Source: Pyrobaculum aerophilum str. IM2
GTDB lineage: Archaea; Thermoproteota; Thermoprotei; Thermoproteales; Thermoproteaceae
DNA: 32,000 nt
NCBI RefSeq assembly: GCF_000007225.1
Contig: NC_003364.1
Location: forward strand, 1,710,001 to 1,742,000
Reading direction: 5' to 3'
A program made the position numbers and the translations under genes. Shown in pieces: positions 8,938 through 17,784 of this stretch. Within the stretch, counting starts at the first letter, position 1; each line of letters begins with the position of its first letter. Below the pieces are notes generated by a model that had not been told where the DNA came from, did no database searches, and was given only the letters and a program-made list of their open reading frames with translations.

Positions 8938-10043
8938 TATAACTGGCTTTTCAACAGCTCAAGCGTTGTTTTAATCTCCTCTATCTCCACTTGGAAGAAG
9001 CGGTACGTGACGGGATCTGCCACGGATTTTTCAAACAGCTCGTATGCCTCTCTTAATTTCTCCTTAGCGATAGAAATGGCGTTGTTTGCAATTAATGCCT
9101 TTATTTCTTTAACCATGTCGTAAAGCACTGAAAGGTTGCCGGGCATGTGAGTGGCGAGGAAGGACTCATACTCCGACAAGTCCTCTTTGTCCTTCACTAA
9201 GTATTTCAACACCTTCAACGTGCCGGCCCTGAGAACTGCGGCGTCTATATCAGATGGCTTTATGCCGACCACGGTGAGGTAGGACACTACATACAGAGGC
9301 ACTTTAACTCTTGTGCGGTTGGAGATAACCACGTGGTCTAAATAGGAGGCTACAATGCGGGATATGTGTTTCACAAGGCTGTTCATATTCTCATAGACAT
9401 AGTTCTTAATGTATTCATTTAATTTTTTCACCTCGTCCATTGACATAACGGGCGCTAACGACTCGTACTCCTTCCTCAGGCGGAGGCCGGTTTTAATTAA
9501 GTCCTCAGTTTCCTCGGGGGCGGCGTATTTTGTAAAGACTCTTAGGGGGAATCTGTCGTATAGAGCTTGTAGCTCCTCCTCGTCGGGTATTCTATTAGTG
9601 GCCCCGAAGACAGTCCATGTCTTAACGGGTATGATGTTGCCCCCGTCGTAAATCACCCTCTCGTTTAATATAGTAAGCATAGTGTTGAGAATTGCGCTAG
9701 ACGCGTTGAATATCTCGTCTAGCAGAGCGAAATCGGCCTCGACGATGGAGTTTGTGTATATTCTCTTGACATTTCCCTTTAACAACTCCACCACGTCTAT
9801 TGGCCCAATCACTTCCTCTATCTCTGTGAATTTCGTAAGCAGTCTGTAAAACCACTTCGCCTTTAGAAGTTTAGATATTGAGGCGACGAGCATTGTCTTG
9901 GCCGTACCGGGGGGGCCTATGAGGATGAAGTTCTCCCGCGTCAAAACTGCGGTTAGACTGGCAGTTATCTCATCGCTGAACTTGAAGAAAAGCCCGTCTA
10001 GAATTCTCCTCGCGTTTACTACTTTTTGGGCTAAGTCCTCCAC
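8937..10043 (-). CDS. MoxR-family AAA+ ATPase, RavA-like
   Basis: Walker A GPPGTAKT, Walker B plus downstream LLDEIFNASSAILNTMLTILNERV (closely resembles the RavA box), sensor-1 FGATN, DRFPLRV. The C-terminal ~130 aa is a helical extension. GTG start. Confidence 0.85.
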   Translation of the reverse strand: MEDLAQKVVNARRILDGLFFKFSDEITASLTAVLTRENFILIGPPGTAKTMLVASISKLLKAKWFYRLLTKFTEIEEVIGPIDVVELLKGNVKRIYTNSIVEADFALLDEIFNASSAILNTMLTILNERVIYDGGNIIPVKTWTVFGATNRIPDEEELQALYDRFPLRVFTKYAAPEETEDLIKTGLRLRKEYESLAPVMSMDEVKKLNEYIKNYVYENMNSLVKHISRIVASYLDHVVISNRTRVKVPLYVVSYLTVVGIKPSDIDAAVLRAGTLKVLKYLVKDKEDLSEYESFLATHMPGNLSVLYDMVKEIKALIANNAISIAKEKLREAYELFEKSVADPVTYRFFQVEIEEIKTTLELLKSQL

Positions 10044-10073
10044 ATTTTCAGTTGTGAGTTAACTTAAAATGTT

Positions 10074-11468
10074 TTGTCTTCGCTACTCCCTCTTGACTGG
10101 GGCTTTTCAAAACTTTTAGCCTACTCTCCTGAAGTATGCTTACGCCCCACTTATATAAGTCTTACACATAAAATAGACGTGGACCATTTTTTCGACATGT
10201 TTATAGCGACAGCGGGGAAAAGATTGCGGGAGTATTTGCAAAAACGTACACAGAAGGAATTTGCGCTAGATCAGCTTAGAGATAAGATCTTGTATCGAAA
10301 AATTGAGGGAAGCCCCCCGTCTTTCAACGTGGCTGGCGTTGACGGGGGTATTGGCGTCGTCAAGCTCGCCAACGGGCATCAAGTAGTGTTGGCAAGGGCA
10401 GCGGCAGTGGGGAGCGATTTTATTGAGAGGGAGTTTATCGCCGACATTGCCTCTGTGGACTCCGCCTCGCTTCCATGGGCGTATTTAGTCATTGTTGAAT
10501 CGCTCGTGGGCATGAGGGCTTTGGAAAAACACGGCGTGGACGTGTTATTAATGGACGGGTCTTTATACGCCAAAGCGGTGAGGCTAGTACACAACTTGAT
10601 CCTCACCCGCGAGTTTCAAAACCTTTACTACGTGCCGGAGCTGGCCACGGCGTTGTACACTCTCTCTAGGCTTATAAAAACCGCGCGGGAAAGGGGGGCA
10701 AGGCTCGTCTTTGTCTCTAAAGACCACAATTACAAGCTGTTAAAAGAACACGTTATTTTCGAAATTCTGGGGGAGAGGTATAGAGACCACTTGTTCCAAA
10801 GGGGGCTCCTCTGGTACTCAGTTTTGTGGATTCGCAAGTTTAGAAAAGAGCTATTGGAGCTTTATAAAACGATTAGGAACTACGACTACGAGGGGGCCAG
10901 GCTGTTGACCCTGTTAATAACCCCCTCAATTACTGACATCGAGATCCTAGCCGAAATTCTCCCCTCAGGCCACTACACAGTCCCAATGCTTGTAGGCGGA
11001 TGCGATGCATATATGAACTTCAAGGGGTTGACCACGGTGGAGAGGCTGGTTAAAGCCGCCGAGGATAGATTAGAGGATTCCTTGATATTTAGGCTTAAAG
11101 ATAATTTTAATTCTAATATATTGGAATATATTAGAGATGCTCTTGATACATTTCCAAAAATTTATTTCTTCTACATAAAATTTGATAGGGATGAATCCCC
11201 CCTCCTTGTGGAAATACCTGTGGAAGGCACCAGGATGTTTGACGGAAGTCCGGTAAAGGCCTTTTACCCACCTGCCCGCGTTGATGACGTCGTGAGTTTA
11301 CTAAGGGAGCAGTTCCGAGACCCAGTCCACTACAACACTTGGCTTTGGTACGCCCACTCTGTCGCGTCGTTTAAAAGTAGCCAGCTGTCGGAATACGCCG
11401 TGTATTTGAAAAACATGGTGGAAGATGTTGGCATCGCCCGGAGGATTAAACTGGCCTGGGGCTTATGA
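10074..11468 (+). CDS. nurA: NurA 5'-3' nuclease
   Basis: NurA catalytic motifs VAGVDGG, LLMDGSLY, VFVSKDHN. It sits upstream of herA with an ATGA overlap. The tracked start is TTG. The first in-frame ATG (10197) lies 26 nt downstream of a TATA-like box, so the real start is probably 10197. Confidence 0.75.
   Translation: MSSLLPLDWGFSKLLAYSPEVCLRPTYISLTHKIDVDHFFDMFIATAGKRLREYLQKRTQKEFALDQLRDKILYRKIEGSPPSFNVAGVDGGIGVVKLANGHQVVLARAAAVGSDFIEREFIADIASVDSASLPWAYLVIVESLVGMRALEKHGVDVLLMDGSLYAKAVRLVHNLILTREFQNLYYVPELATALYTLSRLIKTARERGARLVFVSKDHNYKLLKEHVIFEILGERYRDHLFQRGLLWYSVLWIRKFRKELLELYKTIRNYDYEGARLLTLLITPSITDIEILAEILPSGHYTVPMLVGGCDAYMNFKGLTTVERLVKAAEDRLEDSLIFRLKDNFNSNILEYIRDALDTFPKIYFFYIKFDRDESPLLVEIPVEGTRMFDGSPVKAFYPPARVDDVVSLLREQFRDPVHYNTWLWYAHSVASFKSSQLSEYAVYLKNMVEDVGIARRIKLAWGL
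10165..10176 (+). promoter_or_regulatory. TATA-like box for nurA-herA-mre11-rad50
   Basis: cacataaaatag is centred about 26 nt upstream of the in-frame ATG at 10197. A second box, ttatataa, lies at 10151-10158. Confidence 0.45.
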
Positions 11469-13291
11469 TGATAGGGTATATAGTGGCTGCTTCCACTCCT
11501 TTTGAGTTCATAGCCACTCTCGACCCGGAGAAGCCCATTAGCCTTTACGACTATGTCGCCGTAGACCACGTGGAGTACGACCCGTCCAGAGGAGAGCTAA
11601 TTAACGTGAGGTTGTTGGGGCAGATTGTAAAACTATACCGCGATCCCTATTCAGCCAAGCGGGATTTGCCCCTCTACAACGTAATTAGAGACGTCTCAAA
11701 TAACATACTAGAGGTGCAAATAGCCAAGGTAAAGGTGTTGGGCTACGTGGAGGGCGGGGAGCTTAGACAGCCAAAACACCCGCCTAGAATAGGGACCTCT
11801 GTTTACTTGGCGGAGAGGGAAGACGTGGAGGAGCTGTTTAAAGTAGAGCACGGCCTCTGCGTTGGGAGGCTTACAAGCAGAGATTTGGAGATTTGCCTCG
11901 ATCTCAACGGCATTAAGAGACACCTCGCCATTATAGCGGCCACTGGCAGCGGGAAGACTTGGTTCTCCGTCGTGTTAATAGAGGAGTTGTTGAAAAAAGG
12001 GGCTAAAATCGTCGTGATTGATCCACATGGGGAATACGTCCCCATCCGCGACAGCATATACCGCCTGGGCCCCTACACAGCCAAAGTGATTAAGGTTTCT
12101 GAACACCACGTTGGGGACTTGATGTATAAAATAGGCGTTTTAGACAGCGATCCCGAGGCCATTGCCAACGCCGCAGGGGTGCCCCCCGGCGCCAAGAAAA
12201 TTAGATACGCCATTTATCTGGCTTGGTCATATGCGAAAAAAGTGAGGAAGGCCGCGGGGAGGCCGGTGGGGCTTTCCTTTCTCAGAAAGGTGTTGTACAC
12301 CGCCATGAGGGGGGAAACCGCATTGAATAAATTATTCCAGCAGTATAAGGTGGAGGGGGATTTCCCAATGACAGATTTAAAACACTTAGCCTCTAGAGAC
12401 CGCCACGCCGTTTTCAGCGCCTTGACTTATTTAAAGCGGTTACAGAGACTGGGGGTCTTCGCCCCGCGCTCCACTCCTCTTTCTAAAATGCTGGGCGACA
12501 TCACTATAATTAACCTAGCCGGCGTGAACGAAGAGGTGCAAGACTACGTGGTGTCGCATTTAGTAAATAGGATTTTTCAAGCTAGAGTGCGGCATGTGAG
12601 ATCTCTAAAGGGTTTTCAACTGCCGTGGCCAGTGGTGTTATTCGTAGAGGAGGCCCATAGATTTGCGCCGCCTAAGACGCTGAGGAAGACCAAGTCCTAC
12701 GAGGCTCTTTCGAGAGTTGCGTCAGAGGGGCGTAAATTCGGCGTTTACCTAGTGATTATTAGCCAGCGGCCGAGTAAAGTAGATCCCGATATTATAAGCC
12801 AGTGCCAGAGCCAAGTCATTATGCGCATAATTAACCCCAAAGATCAAGAGGCTGTGAGGGAGAGTAGCGAATTGCTGGCCCAGGAGTTCTTGGAAAACCT
12901 CCCAGGTCTAGACGTGGGAGAGGCGATCATATTAGGCCCTATTGTCAAACTCCCCGTTGTCATAAGAGTGAGGGACAGAGTACTTGAATATGGGGGATCG
13001 GACATCTACCTCGCAACCACGTGGAAAGTGGACAAGACTGCCGACGCCTCGCGACTCTGGAGGAGGTATTTCAACAGCGCGCCTAGCCCCAGCCTAATTC
13101 TCTCCGCAGCTAGGCTGAAAATTCTGCGGAAAATCCGCGAAGGGGGAAGGGTGGGCGTGAAACTCCTGGAGGACAATCGAGAGGTTGATGTGTGGTTTGA
13201 AAACGGAGTGCCCGTATGTAGCGCGTGTGGCGTCGGCAAGCCCTGTCACCACGTCTACAAAGCCCTTGAGGAGGTTGTAGAAGTGCGATGA
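11465..13291 (+). CDS. herA: HerA bipolar DNA helicase/translocase with C-terminal SWIM-like Zn-finger extension
   Basis: N-terminal HAS-barrel region, Walker A AATGSGKTW, Walker B VLFVEEAHRF, FtsK/HerA-type core (SEGRKFGVYLVIISQRPS). The C-terminal ~100 aa tail ends in C585-x2-C588-x5-C594-H-H-VYKAL. Confidence 0.9.
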   Translation: MMIGYIVAASTPFEFIATLDPEKPISLYDYVAVDHVEYDPSRGELINVRLLGQIVKLYRDPYSAKRDLPLYNVIRDVSNNILEVQIAKVKVLGYVEGGELRQPKHPPRIGTSVYLAEREDVEELFKVEHGLCVGRLTSRDLEICLDLNGIKRHLAIIAATGSGKTWFSVVLIEELLKKGAKIVVIDPHGEYVPIRDSIYRLGPYTAKVIKVSEHHVGDLMYKIGVLDSDPEAIANAAGVPPGAKKIRYAIYLAWSYAKKVRKAAGRPVGLSFLRKVLYTAMRGETALNKLFQQYKVEGDFPMTDLKHLASRDRHAVFSALTYLKRLQRLGVFAPRSTPLSKMLGDITIINLAGVNEEVQDYVVSHLVNRIFQARVRHVRSLKGFQLPWPVVLFVEEAHRFAPPKTLRKTKSYEALSRVASEGRKFGVYLVIISQRPSKVDPDIISQCQSQVIMRIINPKDQEAVRESSELLAQEFLENLPGLDVGEAIILGPIVKLPVVIRVRDRVLEYGGSDIYLATTWKVDKTADASRLWRRYFNSAPSPSLILSAARLKILRKIREGGRVGVKLLEDNREVDVWFENGVPVCSACGVGKPCHHVYKALEEVVEVR

Positions 13292-14445
13292 AAATTCTCC
13301 ACGTATCAGACGCCCATTTAGGCAGGGCGCAATACGGCCTACCCGAGAGGGAGGAGGATTATTACAAGGCCTTTGAAGAGGCGTTAAAACTCGGCAAGTC
13401 CGCAGACGCCGTATTAATAACAGGCGATCTCTTCGACACTAGGAGGCCTCCTACGAGAGCCCTCCTCCGCTTCGTAGAGGCCGCAGAGGCGGCTGGAATT
13501 ACGATTTACGCCATAGGGGGCAATCACGACTTCAGTTACGTCAGATTTAAGGCGGAAAGCGAGCGGTGTCCAGATTCCCGTTGTCCCCAGGATACTGTAC
13601 TGAAACTATTAGATAGAGTAAAGCTGTTAAAGCTGTTGTGCTGGGAATCCGCAGATATAGGAGGTGTGTTTATATTCGGCGCTTGCGCCACGCCTAAAGA
13701 GTACGCGGGGGATTACAGGAAAATGTTGCTTAAGGCGCCTCCCGGCGCCATACTGGCAATACACCAGGCAATAGAGGGAGTCAGGGCGAGGTATCCCGCT
13801 GAAGAAGACGACTACACCATGCCCCAGTCCGTGTTTCAAGGCCTCTCTTACATCCACATCGCCGCGGGCCATGTCCACGACCACTTGGCCCAACACCCCC
13901 TGGGGGCTGTGTGGGCCGGATCCCTTGAGCTGTGGGACGCGGGGGAGTTCGAGACTTGGGACTACGCGGGGAGTTTTGAAAAGACTCAAGAGGAGGCGGC
14001 AAAGGGGGTAATTCTAATTGACGCCTCGGGCCGGGCGGTGTCCTTAAAGGCGTTTCGACTACGGCGCAATAGACAACTATACAAAATTAGGCTCCACGTC
14101 AGAGATAAAAAAGAGCTTTTCCAAGCCGCCGAGGAGGCGGCGAGAATGTTCGACAGACCGGGCGCGGTGATAAGACTGGAGATTTGGGGTACGCTTGAAG
14201 AGGGAGTGAGGACTAGGCAAATCGCAACGATATTTTCCAAGTCGCTATACGTAGACGTAGTAGACCGCACTTCTACTCCGCAAAAAGCCGTCTCCCTCAG
14301 GGGATCAGCCATGGAGGAACTGTGGAGGCTCATGAAGGAGAGGCTTGGGAACAGCGCTGAGGTGGTTATTAAAGCCATGGAACTTTTGAGGGAGGGCGAA
14401 AAAGAGGCCGCGTATAGGCTGTTATTAAAGGCGCTGTATGATTAG
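13288..14445 (+). CDS. mre11: Mre11 nuclease
   Basis: Calcineurin-like phosphoesterase motifs in order: VSDAHLG, TGDLFD, GGNHD, AIHQA, AGHVHD. ATGA overlap with herA. Confidence 0.9.
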   Translation: MKILHVSDAHLGRAQYGLPEREEDYYKAFEEALKLGKSADAVLITGDLFDTRRPPTRALLRFVEAAEAAGITIYAIGGNHDFSYVRFKAESERCPDSRCPQDTVLKLLDRVKLLKLLCWESADIGGVFIFGACATPKEYAGDYRKMLLKAPPGAILAIHQAIEGVRARYPAEEDDYTMPQSVFQGLSYIHIAAGHVHDHLAQHPLGAVWAGSLELWDAGEFETWDYAGSFEKTQEEAAKGVILIDASGRAVSLKAFRLRRNRQLYKIRLHVRDKKELFQAAEEAARMFDRPGAVIRLEIWGTLEEGVRTRQIATIFSKSLYVDVVDRTSTPQKAVSLRGSAMEELWRLMKERLGNSAEVVIKAMELLREGEKEAAYRLLLKALYD

Positions 14446-16546
14446 GCGTATTGAGCTGTTAAATTTTAAAGCCCACGGAAAGGCCTCTTTTAAGTTCGGC
14501 GACGGCGTGAATTTCATCTACGGCCCGAACGGCTCGGGGAAGACCTCCATAATGGAAGCCATATCTGTGGCGCTTTTCGGCTCTCAGTGGGTTAGAAAAG
14601 TGGGCGGCAAATGGGCGGATTATTTGCGCAGAGGCGCCACGTCGGGAGAAGTGAAGCTATACATGAGCCACATGGGCAGTGAAATCCTCATTGTTAGGAA
14701 ATTCGGCGAAAACGGCACTACTCCCTCCGGCACTTACATGTCAATTAACGGCTCTATCATAGCCCGGGGAGATGCCGACGTAACGGCGGCGGTAATAAAC
14801 AAATTAGGAATAGGGATAGAGGAATACCGCAACCTCCTGTATATTAGACAGGGCGAGTTGAGGAGAGTTCTGCAAGAGGCCGCGTATATCGACAAAATAC
14901 TTCGCCTCGACGAATTCGACAAATTAGACGAGCTGTTGAGGGAGTTGCTCAACGAACTCCGCGCCAAGAGAGAACGCGTCGGGGGCAAGTGGGAGGAGTT
15001 GGAGCGGAGGAGGCAACTGCTCGCAACAAAGACAGAGAGTTTGAGGCAGAGGCTGGCTGAGCTGGAGAAAAAACTGGGAGAACTAGCCGGCGTTAAAGAG
15101 AAGTATTTAGAGGCGGAGAGGAGGTATCTAAAGCTTAAAGAGCAATACGTCTCCTTGGCGAAGGAGAGGGAGGGGCTGGAGAAAAAATTTGAGGAGCTGG
15201 CCCAGGCGGCAATTGAGGCGGAGAGGGATTTAGAGCTTTTAGAAAAAGAGATTGAGGAGATTAAGCGGGCGTCTGAGGAGCTCAAGGGCCTGCCCCAAAT
15301 AGGCGATGTGGAGAGGGAGTACTACGAGTTGCGGCAACTGATCTCCATCGCCGAAAAAATCCCCCCTGAGGCGCGGAGCTACGACCCTGTAAGGCTAGAA
15401 GAGGCGAGGCGGAGGCTAGAGGAGGCCACTAAAAGGCTGGCTGAGGTTAATACAAGGCTTGAGCTTATTAGAGACGTGGTGAGACTGGCCAGCCGGGCGG
15501 AAGGCGGCGTGTGTCCAATCTGCGGGTCGCCCCTCCGCCCAGAGGCTGTGAAGAGACATGAGCTTGAATTGGCAGGGTTGGAGAGGGAAGTCAAGAGGCT
15601 AGAGGACCTCGTTCAACAGCTACGAGCTGAGGTGCGGAAATACGAATCTCTTGACAAAATGTATCAAGCCTATAAGGACTATTTAAAAATTGACTTAACC
15701 TCAGCGAAGCGAAAGCTGGCAGAGCTGGAGGAGCTGTACCGCAAAAAGACGGAGACAGAAAGGAGGAGATCATATCTTACGGCGTTAGTGGAGAGGGAAA
15801 GAGATGTGGCGGAGAGGATAAAAGAGGTGAGGCGGAGGCTGGAGGAGAACGAGAAGAGGTTAAAAGAAGTAAGCAGTAGACTTAGCCAAATTGACCGCGA
15901 GGTGGAAGAGGTGAAGTCTTCGCTTGAGGAGGCGGAGGCTTTATACCAACAGCTCAGAGTTAAACACGACGAGTATTTAGCCACAGAGGCCCTCGTCAGA
16001 GAGCTAAAGGCCCAGTTAAAAGATGCGGAGAGCGAGTTGGAATCTGTGAAAACTGAAATTGAAAAAATGCGGGGCGAGATTGAGAAATTAGACAAGGCCT
16101 TGGCAACTGGCAAGAACATTCGGAATACGCTGGGGGAAATAAAACCGCTTGCAAGGCAGATACTCCTCCGCGCTATAAATGAGGAGTTAAACTACGTCTT
16201 TCTTAAGCTCAGACACAAGGAGTCTTTTAAGTCGGCTCAGTTAGTGGAATTAAACGGCCGCTACGTCGCCAGGATCTCAACGCCTACGGGGTACATAGAG
16301 CATAATTTACTATCGCTGGGAGAGCAGAACCTCCTGGCACTATCTATACGGGTGGCGCTTGCCAGAGCCCTTTTAGGCGGAGCGCCCTTTATGATGCTTG
16401 ACGAGCCCACGGAGCACCTCGACGAGGAGCACAGAAGGAGAATTGTGGAATTAGTAAGAGATCTCACCTCTGTTGTGCCCACAATAGTAGTGACTTCTCA
16501 TCTAGGCGAATTTGAGGAAGTGGCCGACGTGGTAATTCAGCTGTAG
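14438..16546 (+). CDS. rad50: Rad50 ATPase (compact, 702 aa)
   Basis: Walker A GPNGSGKTS, long E/K/R/L-rich coiled coil, central zinc hook CPICG (C359/C362, nt 15512-15523), signature LSLGEQ, Walker B MMLDEPTEHLD. 8-nt overlap with mre11. Confidence 0.9.
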   Translation: MIRRIELLNFKAHGKASFKFGDGVNFIYGPNGSGKTSIMEAISVALFGSQWVRKVGGKWADYLRRGATSGEVKLYMSHMGSEILIVRKFGENGTTPSGTYMSINGSIIARGDADVTAAVINKLGIGIEEYRNLLYIRQGELRRVLQEAAYIDKILRLDEFDKLDELLRELLNELRAKRERVGGKWEELERRRQLLATKTESLRQRLAELEKKLGELAGVKEKYLEAERRYLKLKEQYVSLAKEREGLEKKFEELAQAAIEAERDLELLEKEIEEIKRASEELKGLPQIGDVEREYYELRQLISIAEKIPPEARSYDPVRLEEARRRLEEATKRLAEVNTRLELIRDVVRLASRAEGGVCPICGSPLRPEAVKRHELELAGLEREVKRLEDLVQQLRAEVRKYESLDKMYQAYKDYLKIDLTSAKRKLAELEELYRKKTETERRRSYLTALVERERDVAERIKEVRRRLEENEKRLKEVSSRLSQIDREVEEVKSSLEEAEALYQQLRVKHDEYLATEALVRELKAQLKDAESELESVKTEIEKMRGEIEKLDKALATGKNIRNTLGEIKPLARQILLRAINEELNYVFLKLRHKESFKSAQLVELNGRYVARISTPTGYIEHNLLSLGEQNLLALSIRVALARALLGGAPFMMLDEPTEHLDEEHRRRIVELVRDLTSVVPTIVVTSHLGEFEEVADVVIQL

Positions 16547-16548
16547 GC

Positions 16549-17715
16549 TCAGCGCTGGGCGGCCTCGGCAATACTCAACTGTTGCTCAAGTACCCATACA
16601 GGAGTGGAGAGCAACGCCACGTAGCCGCCGAAGGCTTGCATTAACGTCTTCGACTCCTCCACGCCCCTGGGCACCACCTCCACTTTGATCCCCTTTTCCT
16701 CCGCTTTCATAATTACTTCTAACACGGCGTCCTCTCCCAACTCCTCGGCGATTACAATTATATCAGCTATCCCCATCTCCAAGGCCTTTAACGCCCTCTC
16801 GCGGCCGTATACTAAATACTCGCTTTTCTTAACGGCGTAGTACATCACCTTGTCCATTACCTCCTTAGCCTTTACGTACTCGCTCTCTTTTAATTGCTCT
16901 TGGGCGTTTCTAATAGCCTCCATCACGCCGTATTCATTGGCGCAACAAGCAGGCACAATTGCCAGTATTTTGTCCTTTAGGCGGTAGTCAAGACCGCCCT
17001 CCTCTAGAAAGTCCTCTTTCGTGGGGCCCGGCCCCGCCACAATTATGCCCTTTAACGTGGGTATTTGGAGAAATATTTTATTCGCCTCCTCCGCTACCAT
17101 TTTGTAAAAAGCCTCAGCTAAGTGCTCCGTCTGGCGCTTAAAGCGGTTGGCCGACTGACCCCCTGCGTGGTGTTTTCCGGGCACGAAAAACTCCACAGAC
17201 TTCACCACTTCCCACTGCCCGCCCTTTAATAAGGCTATGACGGCCTCGCCCCTCTCAATTACCACAATTCCGTAAACCACTCCGGCATGTAACTGATCCT
17301 CTAACAACTCCGTGTGGAAAGCAGTGTCGCAGATGTATTTAAAGGTGTTAATAGGTTGCGGCGGAATCACGACGTAATACACCCATTCATAATTCCCCTG
17401 ATTTATCATGTGGAACCCGGCAAAAACCGCCATGCCGTTCTCGGGGGCTTTCGCCTCGCCCTTTAGGTTGTTAATAATTCTCTCCAACGTGTCTTGTACG
17501 TGGGTTCTTGTCGTCTTATCCTTAATGTTAGCCGCTGTAGACCACTCAGACCTCAAGAGGTTTACCACGTCAGGAATGGGCCTTTCGGCGTTGATGTAAA
17601 GGGTAATAAGCGTAGTTGCGTAGCCCTTAAATTTCTTCAGCAAGTTCACAAATGCCCTCAGCTCCACCGCACTTCTTATGTAATACACGCCATTAGGCGG
17701 CCTGTTAAAGCTCAT
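16549..17715 (-). CDS. prf1: peptide chain release factor aRF1
   Basis: GGQ motif (HHAGGQSANRFKRQ) and an NIKS-type decoding motif present as TAANIKDK. Three-domain eRF1/aRF1 length. Confidence 0.92.
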   Translation of the reverse strand: MSFNRPPNGVYYIRSAVELRAFVNLLKKFKGYATTLITLYINAERPIPDVVNLLRSEWSTAANIKDKTTRTHVQDTLERIINNLKGEAKAPENGMAVFAGFHMINQGNYEWVYYVVIPPQPINTFKYICDTAFHTELLEDQLHAGVVYGIVVIERGEAVIALLKGGQWEVVKSVEFFVPGKHHAGGQSANRFKRQTEHLAEAFYKMVAEEANKIFLQIPTLKGIIVAGPGPTKEDFLEEGGLDYRLKDKILAIVPACCANEYGVMEAIRNAQEQLKESEYVKAKEVMDKVMYYAVKKSEYLVYGRERALKALEMGIADIIVIAEELGEDAVLEVIMKAEEKGIKVEVVPRGVEESKTLMQAFGGYVALLSTPVWVLEQQLSIAEAAQR

Positions 17716-17733
17716 AGTCGCAACTGCGACAGC

Positions 17734-17746
17734 AATATTTAAAATT
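17734..17746 (-). promoter_or_regulatory. TATA-like box for aRF1 (leaderless)
   Basis: aatatttaaaatt is centred about 25 nt upstream of ATG 17715. Confidence 0.55.
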
Positions 17747-17764
17747 GTTGTTACCCCGATAAGG

Positions 17765-17772
17765 TTTAAATA
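17765..17772 (+). promoter_or_regulatory. TATA-like box for rps10 (leaderless)
   Basis: tttaaata is centred about 25 nt upstream of the second in-frame ATG (17794) and only about 17 nt from the tracked ATG 17785. Confidence 0.55.
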
Positions 17773-17784
17773 CCTCAGAAATAA

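Noticed and set aside
11465-11471. ATGATGA (C-box-like) at the nurA/herA junction
   Set aside because: It is explained by the overlapping stop/start codons (TGA/ATG ATG). No D box follows.
14734-16119. Long Ser/Leu-rich antisense ORFs (183 aa, 146 aa, 71 aa, 60 aa) opposite rad50
   Set aside because: They are low-complexity mirror images of the GAG/AAG/CTT-rich coiled-coil codons of rad50. No starts with promoter boxes and no domain-like sequence. They are classic shadow ORFs.
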